Of a stretch of 53,028 bases of DNA, positions 18,488 to 28,482 are shown piece after piece. The position numbers and the translations under genes were made by a program. The stretch's first letter is position 1. Each line of letters begins with the position of its first letter. The notes beneath the pieces were generated by a model that had not been told where the DNA came from, ran no database searches, and saw only the letters and a program-made list of their open reading frames with translations. The DNA is taken from NCBI GenBank assembly GCA_018671775.1, contig JABHGY010000015.1, positions 1-53,028 of the forward strand, in the 5' to 3' direction. The stretch comes from Fidelibacterota bacterium. GTDB lineage: Bacteria; Fidelibacterota; Marinisomatia; Marinisomatales; UBA1611.

Positions 18488-19541
18488 CCTGTTCCAGTAA
18501 TTTGAATAGTTTATGATTTGCGGTAGGAAAAGGAAATTGATCAGTTTCTTTTGGCAATATCCATTGAAAAGGCAAATCTGTTTTGGGCTGGCCCTGATCT
18601 ACAGAACAATGAAATAAATTCATTTCAATAGAAAAATGCGTAAAAACATGTTTGACCGTCCCAGCCTTTCGATGAATCTTTGGGCTGAGTTTACACTCCT
18701 CCATCAGTTCTCTTTTCAGTGCCTCTTCAAGGGTTTCTCCTATTTCCACTTTCCCCCCAGGAAATTCCCACAATCCGCCTAAAAGTCCGTTTTCTGCTCG
18801 TTGTTGTATTAAGAATTTTTCTCCTTTCCATATCAATCCCGCCGCTACTTGATAATGAGGCGATTTCTTCTTTTTGATTTTTTCAGGATAGGCTTCTGGT
18901 GATCCGAACTTAAAAGCCTTGCAATTAATTTGAATCGGACATTTATCACATTCCGGATTTTTGGCTGTGCAAATAATGGACCCCAAATCCATCAAAGCTT
19001 GATTAAAGTCGCCTGGTCTTTTTGAGTGAATTTCATTTTGTAAAAAATTAACAATTCTTTTGTGTGCATTTGGGCTCATTTTTTTTCGTCCTAAAAATCG
19101 AGATGCAATACGTCGAATATTCCCATCTATAGCTGGGATAGCTTGATTAAAGGCTATGGATAAGACAGCTCCAGCCGTATAAGTCCCCACGCCAGGAAGT
19201 GCTAAGAATTGTTCATAATCTGACGGGATTTTTCCATGATATTTTTCCATTACGATTTGGCTTGCCTTGTGAAAATTTCGACACCTGGAGTAGTATCCCA
19301 AACCTTCCCATTGTTTTAAAACATCGTGTTGGGAAGCAATGGCCACATCTATCAAGCTTGGGAAAGCCCGTATCCATTTTTTAAAATAGGGGATAACCGT
19401 ATTCACCTGCGTTTGCTGAAGCATGATTTCCGATAACCATGTATAGTAAGGATTGGAAATATCACGAAAAGGTAATGTTCGTTTATTGACATCATACCAA
19501 GACAATAGGGGCTTTTGAAAGAACATATTTGTATTATACAA
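18471..19541 (-). CDS. mutY: A/G-specific adenine DNA glycosylase
   Basis: HhH-GPD motif (LPGVGTYTAGAV), a 4Fe-4S cysteine cluster (CTAKNPECDKCPIQINC) and a C-terminal NUDIX-like domain (GLWEFPGGKVE). Confidence 0.9.
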   Translation of the reverse strand: MYNTNMFFQKPLLSWYDVNKRTLPFRDISNPYYTWLSEIMLQQTQVNTVIPYFKKWIRAFPSLIDVAIASQHDVLKQWEGLGYYSRCRNFHKASQIVMEKYHGKIPSDYEQFLALPGVGTYTAGAVLSIAFNQAIPAIDGNIRRIASRFLGRKKMSPNAHKRIVNFLQNEIHSKRPGDFNQALMDLGSIICTAKNPECDKCPIQINCKAFKFGSPEAYPEKIKKKKSPHYQVAAGLIWKGEKFLIQQRAENGLLGGLWEFPGGKVEIGETLEEALKRELMEECKLSPKIHRKAGTVKHVFTHFSIEMNLFHCSVDQGQPKTDLPFQWILPKETDQFPFPTANHKLFKLLEQDGWTI

Positions 19542-19968
19542 TTTTATTTTTATCTAAAATATATTTTGACAAAGTCCATTGAAAAGAAGATAATGCTTCT
19601 CGCAGTTCATTTTGATTTTCGATTGTAATCCTGGATTCAATTTCTTCACCCAAATCATCAATTTTTTCCTCTATCTCCTCTTGAATCTTTTCACCAAATT
19701 CTGTGAGATAAACAATTACAACTCGACCATCATGAGGATCTTTTTCTTTTTGGGCCCAGCCTTTCTTGATAAGACCATCAACCATCCTCGTTGCAGTGCT
19801 ATTATCAATCCCTAGAGTTTGGGAAAGAGTGGACATGTCTATCCCCCTATCGGGGATAGACGAAATGGCGAGAGCCTGTGGAAGGGATAAGGAATCGGAA
19901 ACAATTTCAACGCGAAATAATCCCTGCAGTCCAAGCAAAAAGGATTTTAATAATTCGCCAAATTCCAT
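19534..19968 (-). CDS. MarR-family transcriptional regulator
   Basis: 144 aa with a winged-HTH pattern (MSTLSQTLGIDNSTATRMVDGLIKKGW ... DGRVV). Confidence 0.8.
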   Translation of the reverse strand: MEFGELLKSFLLGLQGLFRVEIVSDSLSLPQALAISSIPDRGIDMSTLSQTLGIDNSTATRMVDGLIKKGWAQKEKDPHDGRVVIVYLTEFGEKIQEEIEEKIDDLGEEIESRITIENQNELREALSSFQWTLSKYILDKNKIV

Positions 19969-20008
19969 ATTTGTATATTACAAATATTTTAGCGTTTGTC
20001 AAAGGTTT

Positions 20009-21208
20009 TTAATGTGCGGTCAATTTTCTAAGCCTCTCCGCATGTTCTAAATATATTTTTTCCACCGGTTTCCAATCTTCTTGAGAAAAAGAGTGCCCAA
20101 CGATGGCTTGGTGGTCATAAGGGAAAACACCCAAATTTATCCAATATCCCGGCAAAAGTAATTCATCGGATTCATAGTCCACAATCATATCCGTGCTATT
20201 GACTTTTGGCCCAGACATAGAAATTGTGTTTACAATCCCATCATTTTCGAACCAAGTGGAGTCCGTAGCAGTTCCATTTTTCCAATACGATATAGTTTTC
20301 CCCATGAGGCTCGCTCTAGATCGCGTGAGAAGTGAAACGCCTTTATTTGGCAAATAAAAAGCTGAGATACTGTCCAAGTGAGTGGCCGTTGTTTGAATTG
20401 AAAAATAATATATATCTGGATCTGTAGTGAGATATGCATTTAACTCTTTCGCGCCATCCAGACTTAAATCCCAAGCGCAAATATTTTTTGTCCCCCAAGC
20501 AGGATGTTCTTTAAGTCGTCGCCGATAAGATGCCCATGATTCGTTTTCTCCCCGATGAAAACCCCAATGCTCTAAATCAAAATTATAAAAATTTGAACCC
20601 ACCAGATCTGCCATACCAATAATATTTTGTAAAAAAGGAAAGGTTTTGGTCATAATATTCGCAAGCGTTGAACCATCGTGCGGCGCAGAAATACTGGTGA
20701 TAGACGAAATCCATCCTTTTTTTGATTCCCCTAATAAGGAACTTTTTTCTGAGGTAAACGTCAATGAGTCGGACATAAATATTTCGTCTAATTGATATTG
20801 TAACATACGGATTGTTTGTCCGCCCATACTATGTCCCACTAAATGGACAGGGTGGTTTTCATCCCACTCAGGATAAAAACCATTATATGATTTCCCATCT
20901 GGTTTTTGAATAATATCAAATTTACTCGCATGAGCTTTCCCATAATCAACTTGGCCGCCTTTGAGCTGATGATATATTTCGATGGCGCGTTCCCAATTAG
21001 ATGAAACAGGCCCAACCGAAACGGTAAAAACTTGATATCCTTCATCTTCCAGAATTTTTGCTAAGTCGTGCTTACCACCCCAATATTTATATCCACCCAT
21101 TTCTTCTGGTCCCCAACCCAAAAATCCATGGACCAAAACGATGGGCGCACTATTCTCAGCCGATAATGGAAAGATTAATAATAAGAAAGTAAGGCAAACT
21201 GTTTTCAT
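20009..21208 (-). CDS. Secreted triacylglycerol lipase, Geobacillus/Staphylococcus type (family I.5/I.6-like)
   Basis: Signal peptide, then APIVLVHGFLGWGPEEMGGYKYWGG ... VGPVSSNWERA ... GGQVDYGKAHA ... GHSMGGQT (nucleophile elbow) ... ENDGIVNT. From memory this is collinear with the Geobacillus L1/T1 lipases. Confidence 0.85.
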   Translation of the reverse strand: MKTVCLTFLLLIFPLSAENSAPIVLVHGFLGWGPEEMGGYKYWGGKHDLAKILEDEGYQVFTVSVGPVSSNWERAIEIYHQLKGGQVDYGKAHASKFDIIQKPDGKSYNGFYPEWDENHPVHLVGHSMGGQTIRMLQYQLDEIFMSDSLTFTSEKSSLLGESKKGWISSITSISAPHDGSTLANIMTKTFPFLQNIIGMADLVGSNFYNFDLEHWGFHRGENESWASYRRRLKEHPAWGTKNICAWDLSLDGAKELNAYLTTDPDIYYFSIQTTATHLDSISAFYLPNKGVSLLTRSRASLMGKTISYWKNGTATDSTWFENDGIVNTISMSGPKVNSTDMIVDYESDELLLPGYWINLGVFPYDHQAIVGHSFSQEDWKPVEKIYLEHAERLRKLTAH

Positions 21209-22110
21209 TAAAACCTGCCTCCAAACTCAACGCCATGAATCCATCCCCCTGTGCCATAAAAATATGATCCAATACCAATATGATAATCATGACTGCTATA
21301 ATCCAAACCAAAGCCTGTTCCGCTCATGGCGCTTTGCGAGACGGATTGTTTTATATTTTGATTTATGCGCTCCGAAGATGTCCCGAGTCTTAATTGTATT
21401 CCATTTGAAATTTTGAAAATCCCAGAAAAGCTAATCGCCACTTCTTCGTTTTGCAAATCATAGAGAGCTTCAAGCATTATTTGAAGAGGAAGATGAGCCA
21501 ATTTTTTTGAAAGACTCATGGCAATTTGGCTAGGGATTTTTTCTTTTGTTTCTGTATATGGAGACAAAATAAAGCCCACATTTTCAATATTAATCCCAAT
21601 TGCCATTCCAAATGGAGTGATATCTAATATCGACCCTGCGTTGAACGCTAAGCCGGTTGAGGAATATTCATCTAATTGGCTATATAAAAAAGTGGTGCTC
21701 ATTCCCCAACGAAGCGGGGTGTTTTCTACTTTTTTTGCAATGGCTATGGTGATATGGGTTTCACCAGATTGATACTTTTCGGTTTCATTGGCCTCATCAT
21801 CATAGCCCTGAAAAACACCAAAGGATTGATGGCGAAAACTTAAACTCCTATTGAATTTTCCTTTTGGAGAAAAGAAGGAGATAGATTCCACGCGAATCTC
21901 TGATGGAAATTGAAGAAGGCTTCCGTTAAATTGTCGATTCTTGCCATAAGAAAGCGTGGCTGGATTTAGGCGGTCGCTTTCCGCATTAAAGACCAACCGC
22001 CCACCACCAGCAAGAGACATTGTTGGCGTATTGGTCCAAGTCAATAAGCCTGGATAATTTGTTTCCCCTAACAAAAAACTCATACCAATAATTAGAATGT
22101 AGCGTTTCAT
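21208..22110 (-). CDS. Hypothetical outer-membrane beta-barrel protein (possibly PorV/FadL-like)
   Basis: Signal peptide, an MSLAGGG...NPA N-terminal pattern, amphipathic beta-strand periodicity and a C-terminal aromatic residue (GGRF). TAATG overlaps couple it to priA upstream and the lipase downstream. Confidence 0.5.
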   Translation of the reverse strand: MKRYILIIGMSFLLGETNYPGLLTWTNTPTMSLAGGGRLVFNAESDRLNPATLSYGKNRQFNGSLLQFPSEIRVESISFFSPKGKFNRSLSFRHQSFGVFQGYDDEANETEKYQSGETHITIAIAKKVENTPLRWGMSTTFLYSQLDEYSSTGLAFNAGSILDITPFGMAIGINIENVGFILSPYTETKEKIPSQIAMSLSKKLAHLPLQIMLEALYDLQNEEVAISFSGIFKISNGIQLRLGTSSERINQNIKQSVSQSAMSGTGFGLDYSSHDYHIGIGSYFYGTGGWIHGVEFGGRF

Positions 22111-24341
22111 TACAACAAGCTCACTGGATTTACATTGATGTTCATTTTGATATTTCCAATTTTATGTTGTGTTTCAAAAAAATTCTTTTCTAAAAAGGTG
22201 TGCAATTTCCCTCCATTAGCATCTAATGTTTTTGATATTTTAAAAACAATTTGAGACCTATAGTTCCCTCTTAATTTTTCAAAATAACACGGTGCGGGGC
22301 CCAGGACTTCTAATCCTTTGAATTTTCCCTTTAAATTTTGTACAATTCTAAAAGATATTTTTTCTACAGTCTTGTATTCTGGGCCTGTAAATACAATTTT
22401 TGCAATCCAAGAAAATGGCGGATAATTCAATTCTTTTCTCTCACTAAGAATGATATTATAATACGATTTTAAGTCTAATTGTGCTGCTTTTTTAATCACG
22501 GGGTTTTCACTATTATATGTTTGAATCACAACTTCTCCTAACTTTTCTCCCCGACCTGCTCTACCAGAAGCTTGATAAATAAGCTGAAAGATTCTCTCCC
22601 CTGCGCGAAAATCTGGCAAATGGAGCCCTAAGTCAGAATTGATAATACCAACTAAAGTAGCATTCCCAAAATCTAATCCTTTTGCAATCATTTGTGTGCC
22701 GAGTAAAATATCAATTTCACCTTTATCAAATGATTGCAATATCTTTGTGATTTTTGTACCTGATTTTGTTGTATCCAAATCCAATCGTTCTATCTTTGCT
22801 TTTGGAAAAGTATCCGCTAAAATATCTTCAACACGCTGGGTGCCTGTCCCAAAAAACTTCATATTTGGCGATTGACACGCTTTACAGGAGTCACTAATTC
22901 TTTTTGGCGTAAATCCACAATAATGACAAATGAGTTTTTTATTTTTTTTATGAAAGGTGAGTGAAACATTACAATGATTACAGGAAACCACTTCTCCGCA
23001 GTCTCCACAACGCATCACGGGAGAATATCCTCTTCTATTTTGGAGCAATATAATCTGCTCTCCTTTGGATAATCTATCCTCAATTTTATCTTGGAGTAAG
23101 CCCGATATGATTAATCCGTATTTACCCGATTCTTCTTGATCTTGAATCATATCAACAATATGTGTTTGAGGATATTTTGCGCCACCAAAACGTTTTGAAA
23201 GATGCAGATATTCGAGCTTTCCTGAAATGTGATTATAGTAACTCTCCAAACTGGGTGTGGCGCTGGCTAAAACAACCGTCGCTTTTTCTAGGCGGCCTCG
23301 CACTAAAGCTACATCTCGCGCATGATATCTTGGCGCTGGTGCCTCCTGTTTAAATGAACTTTCTTGCTCTTCGTCAATAATGATGAGTCCTAAATTTTTC
23401 AAAGGAGAAAAAACAGCTGACCTAGCGCCAATCACAATTTTAAAAGTCCCTTTACAAATTTCTCTCCACGTCCATGAGCGCTGTGCGACGCTAAGCTTGG
23501 AATGCCACAAGGCCACATCTTCTCCAAATACTGATTTAAATCGTCCCGCAATTTGAGGCGTAAGACTTATCTCTGGTAAAAGTAGGATGACCGTTTTACC
23601 TTTTGAAAGCGCGGTTCGTGCCGCTTCAATATAAATCTCTGTTTTTCCACTGCCCGTCACGCCATGAAGTAAAAATGATTTATATTCATTCGCTAAAATA
23701 GCTGTGCATATTTTTTTGTTTGTTGCCTTTTGTTCATCACTAAAAACAATGTCCTTTTGCGCCAAATCAAATGTATAACCAGAAAGATCTGGCAAAGAAC
23801 GCTTTTCTATCATAACAATAATTTCTTGTTCTACTAATTTTTTACAGACGTTTAATGGATTTGATATTATTTCATTAAAGTTGCTGATTGGTACTGGCGC
23901 TTTGGCTTCAAGTAATAACGCTACTATTTTCTTTTGTGCTTTGGCTCGCTTTGGGATAGATGATAGTTCTTCCTTGGAAACATTTTTCTTTAATCTGGCT
24001 TCCCACTTTACGGGGGGTTTATATTGAAGAGAAAGTGACGAAGGAAGAACGCTTTTTGCAACTTGCCCAAGGGGTGTTAAATAATATTGACTCATCCATT
24101 GAATCAGCTCCCACAACGCTTGGCTTAAAATTGGCTGAGGATCTACAAGCTCCGAAATTGATTTCATTCTTCCTTGGTACTCGTTTGTTTTGGAAAGAGA
24201 AATGACAATTCCCATAACGATCCGCCTTCCAAAAGGTGCTTTAACGCGAACGCCAACTTCTATATCTTTTTGCATAGCTTCAGGAATTTTGTAAGAAAAA
24301 GCCTGATAACTGGAAATGGGAAATGCGACTTGTGCAAACAT
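22110..24341 (-). CDS. priA: Primosomal protein N' (replication restart helicase PriA)
   Basis: Walker A (GVTGSGKTE), a DEEQ box and a Cys-rich zinc region (CGDCGEVVSCNHCNVSLTFH...CHYCG). 743 aa. Confidence 0.93.
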   Translation of the reverse strand: MFAQVAFPISSYQAFSYKIPEAMQKDIEVGVRVKAPFGRRIVMGIVISLSKTNEYQGRMKSISELVDPQPILSQALWELIQWMSQYYLTPLGQVAKSVLPSSLSLQYKPPVKWEARLKKNVSKEELSSIPKRAKAQKKIVALLLEAKAPVPISNFNEIISNPLNVCKKLVEQEIIVMIEKRSLPDLSGYTFDLAQKDIVFSDEQKATNKKICTAILANEYKSFLLHGVTGSGKTEIYIEAARTALSKGKTVILLLPEISLTPQIAGRFKSVFGEDVALWHSKLSVAQRSWTWREICKGTFKIVIGARSAVFSPLKNLGLIIIDEEQESSFKQEAPAPRYHARDVALVRGRLEKATVVLASATPSLESYYNHISGKLEYLHLSKRFGGAKYPQTHIVDMIQDQEESGKYGLIISGLLQDKIEDRLSKGEQIILLQNRRGYSPVMRCGDCGEVVSCNHCNVSLTFHKKNKKLICHYCGFTPKRISDSCKACQSPNMKFFGTGTQRVEDILADTFPKAKIERLDLDTTKSGTKITKILQSFDKGEIDILLGTQMIAKGLDFGNATLVGIINSDLGLHLPDFRAGERIFQLIYQASGRAGRGEKLGEVVIQTYNSENPVIKKAAQLDLKSYYNIILSERKELNYPPFSWIAKIVFTGPEYKTVEKISFRIVQNLKGKFKGLEVLGPAPCYFEKLRGNYRSQIVFKISKTLDANGGKLHTFLEKNFFETQHKIGNIKMNINVNPVSLL

Positions 24342-24406
24342 GACTAAAATTGTTGATATCTCATGAGTAAAAAAAGGAAAAGCTTTTGTTTCTTTCCATA
24401 TTTTTC

Positions 24407-24436
24407 AAAAAAAAAGCCCCCAAGAGTGGAGGCTTT
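24407..24436 (-). terminator. Intrinsic terminator downstream of rplI
   Basis: The minus-strand transcript reads AAAGCCTCC-ACTCTT-GGGGGCTTT followed by a U-run. The matching plus-strand hairpin would carry a C-A mismatch, so the structure is strand specific. Confidence 0.8.
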
Positions 24437-24456
24437 GATTTTTTACCAATAAAAAG

Positions 24457-24900
24457 TTAAATGGTAATAACATATACTTTTATTTCACCATTTAATTGGG
24501 GAGTCACCTTTACGGGAACTCTATAAATCCCTAGCGCTTTAATGGGTTCTTCTAAGAGAATGTCGTGTCTGTCCACTTTAACACCTTTTTCTTCTAGCAT
24601 TTTGTGAATATCCATTGATGTAACTGCTCCAAACATTTTTTCATCGTCACCAACTTGTACTTCAATCGTAATTTCAGCTTTGTTCAGTTCATTTACCTGG
24701 CTTTCAAAAGCTGCCGATTCTCTTTTGAGGCGCGATTTAATAACTTTTTTCCGCTCATCGGATATAGCGCGATTTTTCTTTGATGCCCTTAAAGCAAGTC
24801 CTTCTGGAATAAGTTTATTCCTTGCATAGCCCGGCTTAACGCGGATGATATCACCGGCTTCGCCTAACTTTTCTACATCATGTAATAATATAATTTCCAT
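24457..24900 (-). CDS. rplI: 50S ribosomal protein L9
   Basis: MEIILLHDVEKLGEAGDIIRVKPGYARN, 147 aa. Confidence 0.95.
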   Translation of the reverse strand: MEIILLHDVEKLGEAGDIIRVKPGYARNKLIPEGLALRASKKNRAISDERKKVIKSRLKRESAAFESQVNELNKAEITIEVQVGDDEKMFGAVTSMDIHKMLEEKGVKVDRHDILLEEPIKALGIYRVPVKVTPQLNGEIKVYVITI

Positions 24901-24925
24901 GGGTCAATCTCCTTAAAGGTTTGGT

Positions 24926-25153
24926 TTATTCAACGCCAGTGTCAGTAAAGGGCATCAAACAAATCATACGAGATTGTTTGATTGCTCTTACAAGTTTCCG
25001 GTGCATTTTAGCGCAAGATCCTGTAACGCGTCTTGGCATGATTTTTCCTTGATCGTTCGTAAATCGACGTAAAAGCTTCACATCTTTGTAGTCTATTTCT
25101 TTAATATTATTCTCTGTGAAATAACAATATTTTCTTCTGGATTTAAAAGCCAT
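24926..25153 (-). CDS. rpsR: 30S ribosomal protein S18
   Basis: 75 aa with IDYKDVKLLRRF and RVTG motifs. Confidence 0.95.
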   Translation of the reverse strand: MAFKSRRKYCYFTENNIKEIDYKDVKLLRRFTNDQGKIMPRRVTGSCAKMHRKLVRAIKQSRMICLMPFTDTGVE

Positions 25154-25740
25154 TAGTCAGCCTCCTTTTCAGTGTTTTCAGCATCTTGATCTGCTTCTTC
25201 AGTTTCTGCGGTATCTTCTTGTTCCTGAGTTTCTTCTGGTGCTTCCCCAGAAGTAGCGTTTTCTTCTATTGATTCTTCTACAGGGTCTTTCTCAGCAGAT
25301 ACTTCATCAGAACTCTCAGTTTGAGTTTCTGTTACTTTTTCTGACTCTCCCGATTTTTCTTCTGTGCCCTTTTCCTTCTTATTGCTTGCTTCAGAATCTT
25401 CGTTACTCTTTTTAGATGACTCAATCACTGGAGCTTCTATTTGAACCGGTTCTGATTCTAAGCGCGTCGTTAAATGACGTAAAATAGACGTGTTTAGTTT
25501 CATCCAAGTATCAAATTCAAGTAATGACCCCGCATCTTCTTTGCCATACTGCATCAAGATAAAAGTGCCATACTTTTGTTTTTGAATAGGATATGCTAAA
25601 TGTTTTTTACCCCAAACATGATGATTAATTACCTTCGTTTTTGTTTTTTGTAATTCGCCTCCAACTTCCGCGAGGATTGTTTCTACTTTCTTATCCTCAA
25701 AATTTGGATTGACAATATACAATGTTTCATAATATCTCAT
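25153..25740 (-). CDS. rpsF: 30S ribosomal protein S6 with a roughly 100-aa acidic C-terminal extension
   Basis: MRYYETLYIVNPN is a canonical S6 N-terminus, so I start at the ATG at 25740. The listed 25764 start would overlap hppA. The stop overlaps the rpsR start (TAATG). Confidence 0.9.
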   Translation of the reverse strand: MRYYETLYIVNPNFEDKKVETILAEVGGELQKTKTKVINHHVWGKKHLAYPIQKQKYGTFILMQYGKEDAGSLLEFDTWMKLNTSILRHLTTRLESEPVQIEAPVIESSKKSNEDSEASNKKEKGTEEKSGESEKVTETQTESSDEVSAEKDPVEESIEENATSGEAPEETQEQEDTAETEEADQDAENTEKEAD

Positions 25741-25756
25741 TCTTTTTTTCCTTTCT

Positions 25757-27901
25757 TTAGGCAATCAATGGCGCGATGACCAATGATACGACAGACATTA
25801 ATTTGATTAAAATATTTAGAGAAGGACCTGATGTATCCTTAAATGGATCTCCAACCGTATCTCCAACAACAGCTGCTTTATGTGCTTCTGATCCTTTTTT
25901 GATTTCTTCTCCATTCACAACGACTCCCTCTTCGATCATTTTTTTGGCATTATCCCAAGCACCTCCAGCATTTGACTGGAAGATAGCCATCAATACACCA
26001 GAAACGGTTACGCCAGCAAGTAAACCACCTAATGTTTCTGCGCCAAAAACAAATCCAACTATTACGGGAGAAGTAATAGCTAAAATACCCGGCAAAACCA
26101 TTTCTTTAATTGCTGATTGTGTAGAAATTTCTACACATTTTCCATGCTCTGCTTTATCAAGCCCTGCTTCGTAAGTTGCTTTTTCTTCATCAGACCAAGT
26201 TGATTCGTCCCCTTTGTTTAATACAGCTAAAGCTGCTTTTAACTCGGGAATTTCTCTAAACTGACGACGAACTTCTTCAATCATTGCCATAGCAGCACGA
26301 CCGACAGCTCCCATTGCCATTGAAGAGAAGAGAAAAGGCAGCATGCCGCCCACAAATAAACCAGCCATAACCATTGGGTTTGAAATATCAATAGAATCAA
26401 TACCCGTTTGAACCATAAATGCCGCAAAAAGTGCTAGCGCCGTTAAAGCCGCAGATCCAATAGCAAAACCTTTTCCTATCGCTGCTGTTGTATTTCCAAC
26501 CGCATCTAATTTATCTGTCCTTTCACGCACTTCCTCTGGTAGTCCAGCCATTTCTGCAATGCCACCTGCATTATCAGAAATAGGACCATAAGCATCAACC
26601 GCCAATTGAATTCCTGTATTGGCAAGCATACCTAACGCAGCCATGGCAATTCCATAAAGTCCTGCAAAATGATGCGCACCCATTATCGCTGCTGCTAAAA
26701 TCAAAATGGGAATTGCCGTTGATTGCATACCAACACCAAGTCCTGCAATAAGCGTTGTAGCCGGTCCAGTTAAAGTTTGCTTTACAATAGACATAACGGG
26801 AGGGGTTCCTGTTCCTGTATAATGTTCGGTAATCATGCCAATGCCTAATCCAGCCACCAAGCCAATTACCGTTGCATAAAAAACACCCATTGAAGTAAAC
26901 CCAACTCCACCTTGTGTAAAACTTTCTGGAAGAAAAGATTGAATTAGAAAATAAATTGCACCAATCATAATAGCCGAAGAACCAAATTCTCCAATATTCA
27001 ATGCTTTTTGTGGATCGCCACCTTCTTTCACAGAGACCATAAAGGTTCCAATGATAGAAACAAGAATACCTGAAGCCGCAATAAATAACGGGAGTATAAC
27101 AAAATTAATGTCAAATCCAACCCCAACGACCAAGATACTAGCGCCGAGAACCATTGATCCCACAATCGAACCTACATAAGATTCAAAAAGATCTGCGCCC
27201 ATTCCAGCAACATCGCCTACATTATCACCTACATTATCGGCAATCGTTGCAGGGTTTAAAGGATGATCTTCTGGGATGCCTGCTTCTACTTTTCCCACAA
27301 GATCTGCGCCAACATCAGCTGCTTTAGTGTAAATACCGCCACCGACACGAGCAAACAATGCAATAGACGATGCGCCCAATGAAAATCCAGAAATCACATT
27401 TAATACTGTCTTCATGGAAACTGCATCGACACCAAATTGATTGGTGTAAAAAATAAAGAGTCCACCCAGACCTATTACGCCAAGTCCCACAACACTAAGG
27501 CCCATTACTGAACCACCCGTGAAAGCCACATGCAAGGCGGAGGCCAATCCTGTCCTCGCTGCGTGGGTTGTGCGTGTATTCGCTTTAGTCGCGACTTTCA
27601 TTCCTAAAAAACCAGCCAAGCCCGATGCTATCGCACCAACTATAAACGACAAAGATATAAGTATACTTGAATCTGATCTACCTGCATTTGCAAAGCCAAG
27701 TAAAATCGCTACAGCAATAACAAACACTGCTAAAATACGATATTCGGCCTTCAAAAAAGCCATGGCGCCATCAGCAATACTTGCACCAATTTTTTTCATT
27801 CTATCTGTGCCTTCATCTTGCTTATTAATCCAACTTGCTTTCCAAAATGAAAACAACATGGCTAATGCACCAGCACCAACTACTAAGAAAATATTATTCA
27901 T
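25757..27901 (-). CDS. hppA: Membrane-bound ion-translocating pyrophosphatase (K+-dependent signature)
   Basis: 714 aa and multi-TM, with [26 protein letters not shown] and [18 protein letters not shown] motifs. Confidence 0.95.
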   Translation of the reverse strand: MNNIFLVVGAGALAMLFSFWKASWINKQDEGTDRMKKIGASIADGAMAFLKAEYRILAVFVIAVAILLGFANAGRSDSSILISLSFIVGAIASGLAGFLGMKVATKANTRTTHAARTGLASALHVAFTGGSVMGLSVVGLGVIGLGGLFIFYTNQFGVDAVSMKTVLNVISGFSLGASSIALFARVGGGIYTKAADVGADLVGKVEAGIPEDHPLNPATIADNVGDNVGDVAGMGADLFESYVGSIVGSMVLGASILVVGVGFDINFVILPLFIAASGILVSIIGTFMVSVKEGGDPQKALNIGEFGSSAIMIGAIYFLIQSFLPESFTQGGVGFTSMGVFYATVIGLVAGLGIGMITEHYTGTGTPPVMSIVKQTLTGPATTLIAGLGVGMQSTAIPILILAAAIMGAHHFAGLYGIAMAALGMLANTGIQLAVDAYGPISDNAGGIAEMAGLPEEVRERTDKLDAVGNTTAAIGKGFAIGSAALTALALFAAFMVQTGIDSIDISNPMVMAGLFVGGMLPFLFSSMAMGAVGRAAMAMIEEVRRQFREIPELKAALAVLNKGDESTWSDEEKATYEAGLDKAEHGKCVEISTQSAIKEMVLPGILAITSPVIVGFVFGAETLGGLLAGVTVSGVLMAIFQSNAGGAWDNAKKMIEEGVVVNGEEIKKGSEAHKAAVVGDTVGDPFKDTSGPSLNILIKLMSVVSLVIAPLIA

Positions 27902-27922
27902 CTAACGTTCTTCCTTCTTTTA

Positions 27923-28480
27923 TTATGAGTTAAAAACATTCATCGTTTTATCAAGCCCGCTCCTTAAAATGGATTCTACTGCATTTGCCAGGTCTACTAC
28001 TTTTTCATCCGCCAATACACTATGTTTTTTCTTGAACGGTTTCAAGACATAGTCTTCAGAAGGCCTCATTTTTTCGCCTTCCACTGCAATCCCAAATCGA
28101 ATACGCGGAAAATGGATATTCCCTAATTGATAAATAATGGATTCCATTCCTCGATGGCAACCATCGCCTCCTTTAGGCTTAATCCGAATCGACCCTAAAG
28201 GTAGATCTACATCATCCAAAATGATAAATAAATCTGATAAATCTATCTCCCAACGATGCTTTATTTCTTTTACTGGGATTCCACTTGCGTTCATGCCAAT
28301 TGTGGGTTTTATCAAAAGAATATCTTTATTCTTTTTTTCAGCAAAAACATATTCTCCTTGCCCTGGCTGGAAAGCAATTTTCCAACGACGCGCCAGCTCA
28401 TCCACAGCCCAAAATCCTGCATTGTGTTTTGTCTTTGTGTATTCATGACCCGGATTTCCTAAACCAACAAAAGCAATCAT
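27923..28480 (-). CDS. pth: Peptidyl-tRNA hydrolase
   Basis: VGLGNPGHEYTKTKHNAGFW, 185 aa. Confidence 0.93.
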   Translation of the reverse strand: MIAFVGLGNPGHEYTKTKHNAGFWAVDELARRWKIAFQPGQGEYVFAEKKNKDILLIKPTIGMNASGIPVKEIKHRWEIDLSDLFIILDDVDLPLGSIRIKPKGGDGCHRGMESIIYQLGNIHFPRIRFGIAVEGEKMRPSEDYVLKPFKKKHSVLADEKVVDLANAVESILRSGLDKTMNVFNS

Positions 28481-28482
28481 TT

